Source of the DNA: Marsupella aquatica
Lineage: Eukaryota > Plantae > Marchantiophyta
Length of the DNA: 64,000 nt
Direction of reading: 5' to 3'
Assembly (NCBI GenBank): GCA_973895155.1
Contig: OZ316891.1
Coordinates: 5,303,708-5,367,707 of the forward strand
This document shows, piece after piece, positions 36,101-47,912 of this stretch. Made by a program: the position numbers and the translations under genes. The stretch's first letter is position 1. Each line of letters starts with the position of its first letter. The notes below the pieces were generated by a model that ran no database searches, was not told the origin of the DNA, and was given only the letters and a program-made list of their open reading frames with translations.

Positions 36101-36320
36101 AAGATGGAAGTCTGTACTCAACCGTGTCAGTACCATGAGACCCTCCATAGGGAAGATGCGGCATGGGTTCTCCGTTTTGGGTTAGAATGGACTCCAACAA
36201 AGCACGAGCATGCAAGGTGCTTCCTTGTGTCTTGTGTGAACCCTTGTTTCAGTGGAATCCAACCATGCAACCTGCTTCATATTGATTTTTGTAATCATAA
36301 TACTTGGCAGTGCTGAATCC
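33144..36320 (-). mobile_element. Sola-like DNA transposon (one terminus plus transposase)
   Basis: Terminus ATCAATCTATTCATTAAAA equals the MITE 1277-1597 TIR, followed by TGTACATTTGGG repeats; truncates the CACTA exon; far end not located. Confidence 0.7.
33955..36300 (-). pseudogene. Sola/DUF7869-like DDE transposase, frameshifted
   Basis: MPH..YRLP, FAKCTLC, HDKMDQAK, LTLQMDNSGKDNKN, MVGHTHEDVDALF spread over ORFs 35667-36215, 35263-35766, 34839-35189, 34435-34905 and 33955-34320. Confidence 0.8.
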
Positions 36321-36561
36321 AACACAATGACGGACCAAACGAGAAGTGTGACCACCCTTCTTGTTTTGCCCGATCGCAAAATCACGGCTAAGTAAAGAAA
36401 TCTCCAATACAAAACGCCCATGAGTGAGAATATCGTTTGTTTTGGAGTCTTGAATTGCGCAACCAAATAGTTAAAAAAAATCCACTTGAGACGGTAAACT
36501 GCATAAACTACGCGGTTGACTACAAAACTTAACCCATGGTTCATGTGATCCTGGAGGACGA

Positions 36562-36928
36562 CAAATACCGATATTGTTATGTTTATTGGATTGGCATTCA
36601 AGGTTGTCGGGAGAAAAAGCTATACCGGTATCGCGGTCTGTATTGGAGTGGTGTTTACAGGTCACTGTCAAGGAGGAAGAGAGATACCGGTATCGTGGTC
36701 TGTATTGGAGTGGTGTTTACAGGTGGTCAAGGAGGAAGAGAGATACCGGTATCGCGGTCTGTATTGGAGTGGTGTTTACAGGTGGTCAAGGAGGAAGAGC
36801 GATACCAGTATTGCGGTCTGTATTGGAGTGGTGTTTATAGGTGGTCGAGGAAGAGTGATACCAGTATCGCGGACTGTATTTGAGTGAGGATTACAGGTGA
36901 ATCGGGAGGAAGAGCGACACCGGTTCGC
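36562..36928 (+). repeat. ~59-bp minisatellite, ~6 units, each starting with the palindrome GATACCGGTATC or a variant
   Basis: Units at ~36621, 36683, 36742, 36801, 36857 plus degenerate flanking units. Confidence 0.9.
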
Positions 36929-38270
36929 TAGAGGAAGGACTAAGAAATGAGTCCGAAACAATTACAAATGGACATTGCCATTTGTATTCTTGTTTCAACG
37001 TTAACAATGGAATTTTGCAAACTACGTGGTGAACTGCGAGGTAATTTCAGCTGACTGTGTGGTGAACTTTGATGTAAAAAAATATTAGAATGTGGTAAAT
37101 ATTTCAAAACCTTCATTTTATGAAAGAAACGGCAAACAAATTTGAATGGAATTTGAGGAGCGATACCGGTATCGGAATAGTTTTGTTTTCTTGATCTGTT
37201 TTCATTGTAACCAAAAGTTCTATTTTCAAAATCTAACCAAAATGGAAATATTTCTGGGTTCTTTTGTCGCAATGAAAATATTTGAAGTTAGTGAGGATAT
37301 TGAAATTCACAATTTGGGATGAAGCCATCATTCCTCGCGAAGTTGAGAACGATACCCCCCCCCCCCCCCCTAAAGAAAAGAAAATAGAGTTTTAAAAAGC
37401 AAAATGACTCTTGTCTCACCAATGCTTTTATGTCCCTCCTCTTCAAAAACCCTTATAACTTCACCTTAAAAGCAGGAAATGTGTTAAAAACTCTCCCCAT
37501 GTAAGTCATCATGATGTGACATAAAGTGTGCCAATGGTCCATATAACTGGCAATATAAGGGCCTAGATCCAACATTTGAAACATGTGGCACATGGCATTG
37601 ACAAAGCATTGTAGACATTAATGGGCCCTTTTTTCGGCCCCTCATCACAAGTTCAGGCATATAGCAACCTCTATAAGATTCAAGTATGTAAGGATACCTC
37701 CCACAAGTTCAGCCAATGCTTTAAGAAAATGAAAACTCGTATTTATGTTAGGGAAAGGGTAAGAAATTTAGAACGGAAGGAGACAAAGTCTTTTTTTATT
37801 TGATTTATTTTTCCGCATATTTACTCCAATAAAACATGCCCAAGTACACGAAGTGTCCGCCATGTCTCCCAAGAGAAAAACTCCGCGTCTCTCTAAAATG
37901 AACGTCTCCCAAAGCTCCGCCTCCGTAAAATCAACGTCCTTGTAAAATCAACGTCTCCCAAAACTCAGCCCTAAACTCCAGGTCTCCCTTCTGGATCCTC
38001 TACTTGCATTCACTTTGTGCCCCACAATAATGCCCTTGTCTAGTGACAACTCTGCACAATTTGTCGAGCGTTTTGTAGTCCGGCTTGTCATTTGATTTGC
38101 AACCATTGCAGATTGGTATTTGTCCCTTCCTGAGTAGTGCTTGCGCCCGGCTGAGTGCCTGCCCTTCGCCACTATTGTTTGGATTTCTGCTGGGCTCTTT
38201 TCAAAGACATGGCCACACTTAAAATGTCGTTGGCTGCTGCAATGCTGGAGAAACGAGGACATTCCCATCG

Positions 38271-38912
38271 ATGAGGGTTTTTGTGGTCAATTTTGATGCT
38301 CCAATCAATTTTCCACGGAAGTTTCTATACCATGGATGCACTCGCTTCGTGACACCTAGGTGGATGTGTAATCGCACTGTTGAAGGGTCAAGTCGATGTC
38401 CCCATAATTCGGTTGCTGCTGGGATCTGGACAGAAAGGTATCATTTTGAGGTGTTCCTGGTTGACTCTACTATTGGGACACACTTCCCTCCAGTGCGAGC
38501 TAAGATTTTTGATGCAGCGATTGATCTCATAGGGATGCCTCCGCAGGATTTTAGTGAGAAGGAAGACTTTGTCCAGTTCGCTACTGTCCATAGAGCTACA
38601 GCAAAGATGGAATGTGTGGACGTAGTGATCCGCTGCAAAGACGGTGAGGCCATTATTAATTCCTTGTCACCTGTAAGCAATGACGACAGTGAGATCTTGC
38701 ATTTTGTCGTGCCTAATTCTGTCACTCCATGGAAGACAAAGTTGAAGACGGACAATATACCTTCAAGTTATCATACTGCACAAGGGAGGCATACAACAGA
38801 ATCTTCAAGATCATCTATTAATGCTTTAGACCCGACCACGGCATCGCAACTTAGTTTTGTTAGATGTAGATTGCAGGACTTGCTTGATAGTTTGGATGCA
38901 ACTCATATCTGA
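38271..38912 (+). CDS. RPA70 C-terminal-like OB-fold/Zn-ribbon protein
   Basis: YHGC..CNRTV..CPH..YHFEVFLVDST..IFDAAIDLIG resembles the RPA1 DBD-C pattern; intronless, uninterrupted 213 aa. Confidence 0.6.
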   Translation: MRVFVVNFDAPINFPRKFLYHGCTRFVTPRWMCNRTVEGSSRCPHNSVAAGIWTERYHFEVFLVDSTIGTHFPPVRAKIFDAAIDLIGMPPQDFSEKEDFVQFATVHRATAKMECVDVVIRCKDGEAIINSLSPVSNDDSEILHFVVPNSVTPWKTKLKTDNIPSSYHTAQGRHTTESSRSSINALDPTTASQLSFVRCRLQDLLDSLDATHI

Positions 38913-40723
38913 TGTGACCAGATGCAAGCATGACGTACAACAGTTTGTCATTTTGGGCAGGAGTCTTTTAGTTTGTAAGGTTCCTACAGGCCATGCAATG
39001 ACCTGCTATTTTGGTTTGATATGGCATAACGTGTATGCTTGGTTTGTGGGGCAAGTGGGAGCAGAATGTATGTATGTGAATGGTCGACTTATTTTCAATG
39101 TGCAATAAAGGGGGGCTCGGACCTGCATCTGTTAAATTAAGGTTGTGATGTCCATGATGCGTTTGTTAAAACATAACAGAAAGTAATTGGGTGTTAATTG
39201 ATGACTGGGTCTCGACTGGTGTTTAATCGATGAATGGGTCTTGGCTAGTGTTTAATCGATGAATGGGTCTCGGCAGTTTTTCATTTTGCAATTTGTGCGC
39301 AATATCTCAAGGAAAACTTCCAACTTCAAACTTTGATACAGGACAGCAAATAGAACTCAGCCACTATAGCGCATTTGCGGATCGCAACGACATCATGTAG
39401 TGGGTCATCATAGTTCACGGAGAATTGGGTAAGTGCCCCTCCCCAATCTCCGAACATCAACAGACAAAAAACAAAGAAACACCTGAAACTCATTGGGCGG
39501 ATCCGCGGCTCCATCGTTCCCAACGACCAGTCCGAAGGGAAAAAAAACACAAGCATACAGACAACCGTAAAAACAACGTGACCCCAAACAATACATTTAT
39601 GGTAGATGTGTTCTTGTTCCAGTAGGTGTTCATTATATTTATGGAGCATTGATGGGTAATGTATGTAAATGAATAATGGAGTTTGCACTTTGAAGGTCGG
39701 GGCAACGCCTGCAACTCAATGAAGAAGTAAGTAATCATGAAAAAATAGACGACAACTTCCATGTGATGCCTAGCCAAGAATCACTAGGCCAGTTTAAATG
39801 ATAAAATAAGGAGTAAACCCTGGAAACACATTAGTGTAGTAGCAAAAATATGGAAAATATAAACAATTAAGGGTGGCTATGGAACCCAAGCCGAGGCCGA
39901 AAGTAAAAATGCTGGGGGAGGGAACATGATTAGGGTTAGGGCACGCTAAGTGCCAGCGGCTATACATAACTAACGGGAAGGAAGACCAGTCAGGAAGGGG
40001 TAAGGATTGATCACAAGGAATGGCGGCTCATTTGCAAGCGCGAACTAAGCAGACGACTACGGGAGGCCAACTACTGTCCGCTGCTCAAGCAAGCACTCGG
40101 GGTGGAAGCAGATACCGACAATCAACACAAGAAGGGTATGAGCAACGTCAATCAAGCTGCTCATTTTTGGGGATGCCTGTTAGAATGGGCAACTGAGTAC
40201 ATTGGGACCTACGAGAATGAAGAATCGGAGAGAGCCGCTCGGGAATGGCAGGAGCTCGCTCAACTATGGGAGCTGCAAAAGTCTGCCTTCTTAGGAGGAG
40301 AACTCATTACGGCTGAATTCTTGTGGACGCCTATTGCCGACAAACTTGACGATCTTCTATTTTGTGAGAACAGAATAGTTGGCATCCGGGAGGCCATCAA
40401 CCGCTGCAACGACATACACTGGGAGTTGAAGGGTAGCACGAAGGGGTGGAAAAAGGCAATCGTGCTGGGAGAAACATCCATGGCAGCCGCTATGAAGAGG
40501 AAAGGGAAAATCAATGAAGACCACCCCTGCAAAGAGAACAAGGTCGGAGGCACCAAGGAAGCCAGTCGAGCAAGGGAGCAGGAGGCAAGAAGAAGCCGAA
40601 GAAGAGGAGGTTGACCCCATCAATGTCGTTCCAACAAGGGATAACACCTGGAAAGGCTGGGCGGTGACCTCCCCGAGGAAATGCAATTAGTTACACTTTG
40701 CACGTGAAGAGGATGCATGCTTT

Positions 40724-43613
40724 ATGGCTATGCAGACTCGGAAGTACCAGGGCTTCATGGCCGGATCCGGCTTGGAAGCTTTCGTAAAGTTACCATGGCT
40801 GAAGCCGGAGGTGCTGGATTTAGACTTATTAGAATTTGTGGGATCTTGGGAGCCCGAGACCAATTCCACAAGGGTGTATGGGAAAGAATTCTATCTCACT
40901 CCCCGAGTGGTTGCCAAAGTGTTTGGCTTGCCGACGGGCAATAAGACCAAAGTAGATACCCAGAAGACCTTGCGAGACAAGGAGTTCCAATCGTTCCCAG
41001 GGCCATCAACAAAGAATGGCTTCTTTTGGAACACCTGCACCAACCCGCACATAGGAGAGATAATCGATTTCTTGCGGGTAACCATGCACTGCAACTTGCC
41101 GAGGCCAGAGATTGGCAAGGCACAGGTTTACCTGGCGGAGAGGCCAGACCCCAGCCGGGACTACAATGGATACCTCCTCACCCAATTGAAGAAAATCTTG
41201 AAGGAGGAACAGCATGTGATCGGCAAGGGAAGCGTGTCCCGGCTTGGCTATCATATGCCGCTATTGTGCCGGTATGCCCAAAGTCAGATATTTGCCCCGG
41301 TACTTCCCCTGCAGGCAAGAGCACCAGAGGAGGTTCCGGAACCGAGGCCGGCAACAAAGAAACCGACCCAGCCTGACAGTCCTACAATCGAGCAAGTGTT
41401 TAGGCCGAGGAAGGAGGACTTGCCAATGCAGCAACCAGGCATGCAAAATCTGCTGAAATTACTGGAGAAGGAAAGGAGAACGGCAACGGCAACGGGACCG
41501 GTACAGAATACTGCTCCCAAAGTCGGCCTAAGCCGACTTACCAGGTAAAACACCTTTACTGGGGTCAAGGAGAGAAGGAGGCTGGAACACGAGCCGGGAG
41601 TCCGAATGTATGTAGGAGCCTCAAGTCCCAAAGCCAAGGAAAAACAGCCCAAAGCTCCTGGTCGCGATAGGGAGAAGAAGACATCAACGTGGAAGCCGGA
41701 GGAACCAACTGAGACCCGTGATCTGTGAGGCCGTGTTCACGGCAAAACCAGGAGAGCAGCGGAGGGAGCCGGTCGTCCAAGCCACAGAGGAGGCGATAGA
41801 AGGCTACGAACATGATGACTCCGGCTACGGGTCAGACCATCATGTTCCAGGAGTAAGGACCTGTGGCAGGTTCATCCCCACTCTTCCAAGAGTAGTTTGA
41901 GGGGACCCCACCCAGTAGAGCAGCCCCGAGTCTCCCCCACCAGATATCGCTCCCCCAAGCTTTGACGGCATAAAATAGATGGCACAGGAGTTTTAGGAGC
42001 AACTCAGGGAGGAAGAGAAGGCAGCCCTGGCTAGGGAGAAATATTTACCAGGGGAGAATGGCCGGAGCACATCAGGCGGCTCTCCAGCCACGATAGAAGA
42101 AATCCGCAAGGCGGCTTGGGAACAAAGGCCGCGATGGTTGATGCCGATGACTTCTACTCACTCCGCCTATGCTAAATAAAGCTCGAAAGAAAGAACCATG
42201 GAGTACGGGGAGATGTGTGGGGAACTTGCGCTCAACATCTTTGGGGAGGAGTTGGAGCACGGACCCTTTTTCCAGAGGGAGATGTTGGAGAAGCGCCAAT
42301 TAGAAGAAGCGGTGGCTTTGGAGAGAAGCAAGAAGGACGAGGTCATCCATCGGCTTAGGGCAAGGGAAGCCGAGGTAGAAGACCTGAAGGCGGCCAAGAA
42401 AGCCCAAGATGAGCTGCACATTAAGCGGCATGAGCTAAACATCATGCAGAGGTAATTGGATATATCGCAATCTAATAATTAGATTATCAAGGATAAATTG
42501 ACTCAGACCCAAGGAGAGTTGGCCGATGCGATCAAGGAGAGGGAGAAATGGAAGCGAGAGCTGAGGGACGCAAAGGAGGCCTACATAGCAGCCAACAACC
42601 AGGCCATGGCGGAAACCCAGAGAAGGGAGAGGGCATTGAAGGGGGAGCTCGAGGATATCCGCAGGGCCCTTGAACAGAAGGAGGCCAAGTTAGGGAAATC
42701 CTATTAGGCAATTATTATGCTACAACAGGAGCTTGCATCCCTGATGGCCAGCTTCAAGGCCAACCTACATGAAAAAGACAACCAGCTTGATCAGACTTAT
42801 GCCAAGATGAATAAAATGGAGTCTGAGGTCGTTACGGAGCTTGACAAGGAGCTGAAAGCAACCCAGGAGGAGAGGGCTACCTTAAAGAAGGAGTTGGAGG
42901 AAGCCCACAGAGAGTTGGAGAAAGCCCATAGAGAGTTGGAGGAAGCCCAGAAGGAGCTACTGGAGGCGTGCAACGACCTGGACAAATTGCATGAGGAGTT
43001 GGAGGAAAGCACACGGAAGATGGAGAACTTACAACGGCAAGCCGACAACCAAACGGAGCGGTTGAAGAAACAGGCCGCAGTATTTAAGTGCTTGGCTTCC
43101 TCAAGTCCAACTCCAATAGGGGCAACCAAGTTTCCAGGAGCAGTACTGGCCAAAGGACAAGCCGAGACACTTGCACCGGTGCCGGAGGCAAGTGGCAAGG
43201 GGAAGGGACCAGTTGCTGAAACAAGGAAGAAGAAAAAGCGAAAACCTTTTGGGTCGGGGAGTAACACGGCTTCTCAAGCCATCGTGACCAAGGAAGTAAA
43301 CCTGACACCAACCTCAGGCGGGGTCATGGCAGAGGATCCAACTGTCCTACAAGGCGGGGATGGCAAGGGCAAAGCCGGAATGCTCAGTGATGAGGCCGGT
43401 ATACCAAATCCACCACTAGAACAGATCGAGAAAGCCGTAACCTTATCGGAGGCCGTGGCCGATGCTGAGGCCAAAGCTGAGGGTGGACCCAGTCAGGCCA
43501 ATGGAGAGTTGACTCGGTCTGGAGCAGGTAATCTGTCAGAGGACGGACCTATGGTAGTGGCTACGGAGGAAGTGTTGGGGGCATCCATTAAGGATCAGCC
43601 ACCACTACCATGA
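40724..43613 (+). pseudogene. Gypsy-type 3' accessory ORF: plant-mobile-domain-like N-region plus long coiled coil, many stops
   Basis: LLEFVGSWEPETNSTRVYGKEFYLTPRVVAKVFGLPTG; heptad runs ELEEAHRELEKAHRELEEAQKEL; ends just upstream of a purine-rich tract and LTR-like sequence. Confidence 0.6.
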
Positions 43614-43649
43614 CGGTGGTGGAGGGCCGCTCCTGTTAAGGAGGGCGGA

Positions 43650-44516
43650 CGTGAAGGGAGGAGGCGTGAGTGGGCAGGGCGGGCTCAGATCTCCAAGTTT
43701 AGAATTAGGATCAGGACCAGGAGGCGGCCCTGACACTTAGCTTAGTGGGATTGCGGATCCACTGGTAAGAGCAACACTTGTGCTCCTGCCTCGTTGTACA
43801 TAGGTAGATTACAGTCAGGTTAGATTAGGCTTACGCTACAAGGAATTGGGCGGATCCACTGCCAGGATAAGTACCTGGGCAGCGCGGGGGGGGGGGGGTT
43901 CAGGGCCTTCTTCCTTAGCAAGTTTTTAGTGCACCAGCAGGGCTGGGATCAAGTACTAGTTAAAGAAGCTCTCGGTTAGTTATGCTGTGACCCGTGTGTA
44001 TATTCATGTTTCCTCATACTTAAGAGATGAATAGAGTTGGCCTCACAGCTTAGTTTGCAGATTTTGTGTATGAGAAGTACTCTTTGTATGGCAAGTGCAT
44101 GGTATAACTCAGTCAGAAAGACTCACTTTGCTATTTGTGTGTCGCATTAACTTGTTTGAAGATTGCCCACATCAACCAAGAAGGGAGTAAGCAAGGTAGT
44201 AAGAGTTGGATGTGTCGAGCTGAGAGAGGTCTTAGCGGCTTACCCAAGCCAGTTGGGGATCATTCCGGCGGCGGAATCCAAACATACCTAAAGGGAGACC
44301 AGGAGAGGAGGACAATGGAAGGCATAGTAGAGGCCGGCTTCACATCTCATGACCCGATGAAGGATATTTTCAGTATATGTATGTAAAATGTTAGTCAAAG
44401 TTAGCAGAGTCCCATGCCGCTAAGCCGTGAAACCGGCCTTGCCAAGAGCGAAACTTGCGGGAATCGGCTTGTGCAGGGGGGTTTCTTGGGTTTAGGGAGC
44501 CATGGGATGCACCACA
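43650..44516 (+). repeat. LTR-like region (one shared LTR, or an LTR 43650-44344 inserted into the LTR of a second element)
   Basis: PPT-like AAGGAGGGCGGA (43638-43649); GTGAAG...CTTCACA (44344); ...CACCACA (44516) followed by a PBS-like TGG motif. No second LTR copy found in the window. Confidence 0.5.
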
Positions 44517-44520
44517 TATT

Positions 44521-44539
44521 TGGCGCTAGATGGAGGGGG
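44521..44539 (+). promoter_or_regulatory. PBS-like motif of a Ty3/Gypsy element
   Basis: TGGCGCTAGATGGAGGGGG, 4 nt after a CA end and just upstream of gag. Confidence 0.6.
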
Positions 44540-44572
44540 CATTTCTTAAGCCGTGAGATATGAAGTTAGGTA

Positions 44573-47500
44573 ATGACTGAACCTACACCAAGGGAGGAAA
44601 GAGCGATTCAACGAGAGAGAGCTCGTCTGCAGCAGCTCGCCGGGTGGCATGATACACAGCGACTGAGAGGGGCAGAAAGAGCTAGTAGCTCCGAAATTGA
44701 GAGTGGCATCGAAGAAGAAATACCAGAAGAGGAGTCGGTAAGGAGAAGTGAGTCCCCAACCGACATGGGGGAACCGGAGGCACGGCCAGAAGAAAGGCTA
44801 GGAACCAGACTAAGATAAAGGTCACGCATTCATTACAAGGCATTTCATGGGAGAGGAGATGAGGATCCAGACGAATGGTTGGATGACTTCGAGGGAACCG
44901 CTGTAGCAAATGGAGAATCGGCCATCAAGATGCAAATTCTTCCCGGCCTGTTCAAGGGTGAGGCTAGGCCCTGGTACAAAGCATTGGATGTGGAAGATCA
45001 AGCCATCTGGCATACCTTCAAATCACTATTTGTAAAGGAGTTTCGACCCATTGGAACCTCAGAGCTAGCAGTGCTGAAGTTGGGACGACTTCAGTTCAAG
45101 GAGAACAAATCCTTCAGGAAGTTCTTGCAACGCTTCCAAAAGCTGGTAAGACGTACAAAGACCAATGCATTTGAAGGTATGCAACTTCAATGGTTGGTGA
45201 ATGCCTTACCGTAGAAGATGAGTTTTGCAGTTAGGAAGGAGAACCCAAAGACTTTAGTCGAGGCAATTAGGGATATTCAATTGTACATTAATGCAGATAT
45301 CACAAGCCGGAAGAAACAGCTCAAGTCTAAGAGCTCCTCATTCAAGGAAGGATCACCACATAAGAAAAAAGATAAGAAAAAGAAACATTCTAAGAAGTCA
45401 AGAAGTGATAACTCAAGCTCGGATAGTGGAAGTAGCAAGAGTGAGTCATCTTCTAGTTCTGAAAAAGAAAAATCCAGGAAAAAGAAGGGCAGAAGGAGGG
45501 GGAAGTTGAAAGTCAAGCTAGAGGCTAAAATACCAGATAACATCGTAGCTCTTACCGAGCAGCTTAAGGCTATAATAGCAGAGGTAAAGCCAAAGAAGAA
45601 AGTAGTACTGGAAGATAGCTCTGTATGGTGTGCCTTATGTTATAAAACCGGACACCATAAAGATGCATGTCCTAAACTCACTACTAGTCATGTTCGGCAT
45701 ATAGCTGAGGTCAGACCATGTCAGGGAGAAGTAGAGTACTTTCTAGGGGATGCCGCTGATAGTGTTTTTGGCATCAGTGAGACTGGAGCACGAGACCTAT
45801 CCAACCGACCTGCATCTCTCTGGTCAGGATTAAGGAACAATCTGGGAGAAATGTATCCTCGGATTATTCAGAATCCATTAGTAACTCCTAGGCCAAATGT
45901 GCAAAGATTTGCGGCATGCTATAATTATGGTCAACCTGGCCATTTTTCTAGAGAATGCCTGAATGCACGCAAACAAGGTGATGGACAACCAGCTCAGCTA
46001 TGTATGGGATACCGCCAGGAGGGTCACATGCTAGGACAATGTCCTACTTGGGTGGCAGGATTGGCCGCAAATCATAAACTCTTGCCAGTCAAGGTCTTGC
46101 CACCAGGTACTACCCCAGGAGGAGTTCAAATCAACCACATCAAACTCGGATGGCAAACGGATGCCGAGGCTGAGTTTGGACCATCTGATGATGAGGCCGA
46201 GGCCCTATCAACATTTTCAGAAGTGGATTTGGATCATGATTGCTACCGGGTTTCTACTCAATCCACTAGAAGGAAGGAAAGGTGGGATGGGCTGGCCAAA
46301 AATAAAGGGAAGGTTAAAGAAGAGAAGATCAACTCTTCGTCAACATCAACGGAAGGAGAAGGAAGGGCGTTGGCAACACAGGTAAGCCATGAGCCCACCA
46401 GTGAGCCCAATCCTTCACAGGACAACAACTTCAATCGAGACCATCCTAAGTTGTTCTACCCCTCTATTACGACTAGTGTTAAGGAACAACTGTGAGAATT
46501 GGAAACCCTGGAGAATACCGAAGCCATAGCTAAGGATGTGAAACGAGCAAAAGCGTTGTTTGCTTCGGAAGATCCAAGGGCTATGGAAACTGGCGTGAAA
46601 AAACAGGTCGAAGCCAATATGAAGACACCGGCAGAAGAAAAGACGATAGTCCCCTACGACCTGGCTAAAGATGTACTAGAATCTAGAGTCTCGGCAACAG
46701 TAGGTCAATTGTTGAAAAATAGCCCTTATTTTCAGAAGCAGTTAAGGAAGGCCATTCTCGACAAGCCGAGATTACCCAAGGTAGCAACCAGATCCGACGT
46801 GCTAATGATAGAAGAAGATCAAGGAGCCCCAGCATTACTATTAATGATTCAAGGAGAAATATTACTAAGGGTACCCATCGATGGAGGATTAGGGGTATGT
46901 ATTATGATTGATTCAACAGCAAAAGGATGGGGACTAACGCCAAAGATGACTGGAAGAGTGCTGAACATGGCCAATGGGTATCAGATCATTCCCACGGGAG
47001 TGTTAACCGACATCAAGACTGAGATAGGAGGGATCTTCTTTAGCATTAACTATGTAGTAATGAAGCCGGTAAATCCTACGTCATTTCGGCTATTGATTGG
47101 CAGGCCATGGCTGTATCTAGCCAAGGTAATAGAAGATTGGGGGAAGAAGGAGTTCACTTTTGGAACCCCCGCTATCACGGTATCTTGGGACACCAAGGAT
47201 GACCGTAGGAGAAGCATCAGGGAGGTAGACGGGTATGACAGTGGACTGGAGTCAACAGATGAGGTACGTTGGCTAGAATGCCTCACTAACCTGACCGAAG
47301 AAAGTATCTTTGACCAGAAGTGTCCCCCAGCGGACTATGGCAAGAACCTCTGGAGAGTGACTTGGAGGAATGTGAAGCAGAAACCGAGGACTACTTTGCC
47401 ATAGAGTCCACCTTCTTAGCTTCAATTCCGGAGGAAGCACAAGAGGTGGACCGGTTGGATGAAACGTCTAAGTGGGGAGCTGCACTCGAGACAGTGGATT

Positions 47501-47912
47501 TTCCTCAGGCATTGTGGTAGAGCCGGCAGGATCCACAATACCGTCTATCATTGGCAATAAATTAAATACCAAGGAATCGACATACAAGCCGATTACGAGG
47601 GCAGAACAAATTGAGGCCCTATTAGAAGCCGAAAGAGCATAGCGGCCTGACCCTCAGGAGGCAAGAATGGATGAGATGCACAAAAACAAGCCAGAGCCAA
47701 GGCCGGAAGGGAAGCCGACCACCAATTCAAAACCAAATAGTCCGGCACGGGGACAATCTACGGATAACAAGGGAGAAACCGACTTGGCTAGTACAGCCGA
47801 GATTCCAATTTATGGAGGTATGAGACTGGAGAGGTTGGAGGCCGAATTGGACCCAAACTTGAAGAAGCAGATTAATATGATCCAAGCACGGCAATACCGA
47901 AACTTTCTATAG
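44573..47912 (+). pseudogene. Ty3/Gypsy gag-protease, truncated before RT
   Basis: FHGRGDEDPDEWLDDFE..AN gag motif; three knuckles (CALCYKTGHHKDAC, CYNYGQPGHFSREC, CMGYRQEGHMLGQC); protease VPIDGG..LLIGRPWL; stops at 44816, 45212, 46493. Confidence 0.85.

Noticed and set aside
36562-36928. Possible CRISPR array
   Set aside because: Whole units are repeated, with no variable spacers; it is a minisatellite.
37355-37370. Poly-C run (also poly-G at 43886-43898 and the purine tract 31550-32160)
   Set aside because: Low-complexity tracts within TE-derived DNA; no evidence of function, and homopolymer lengths may be unreliable.
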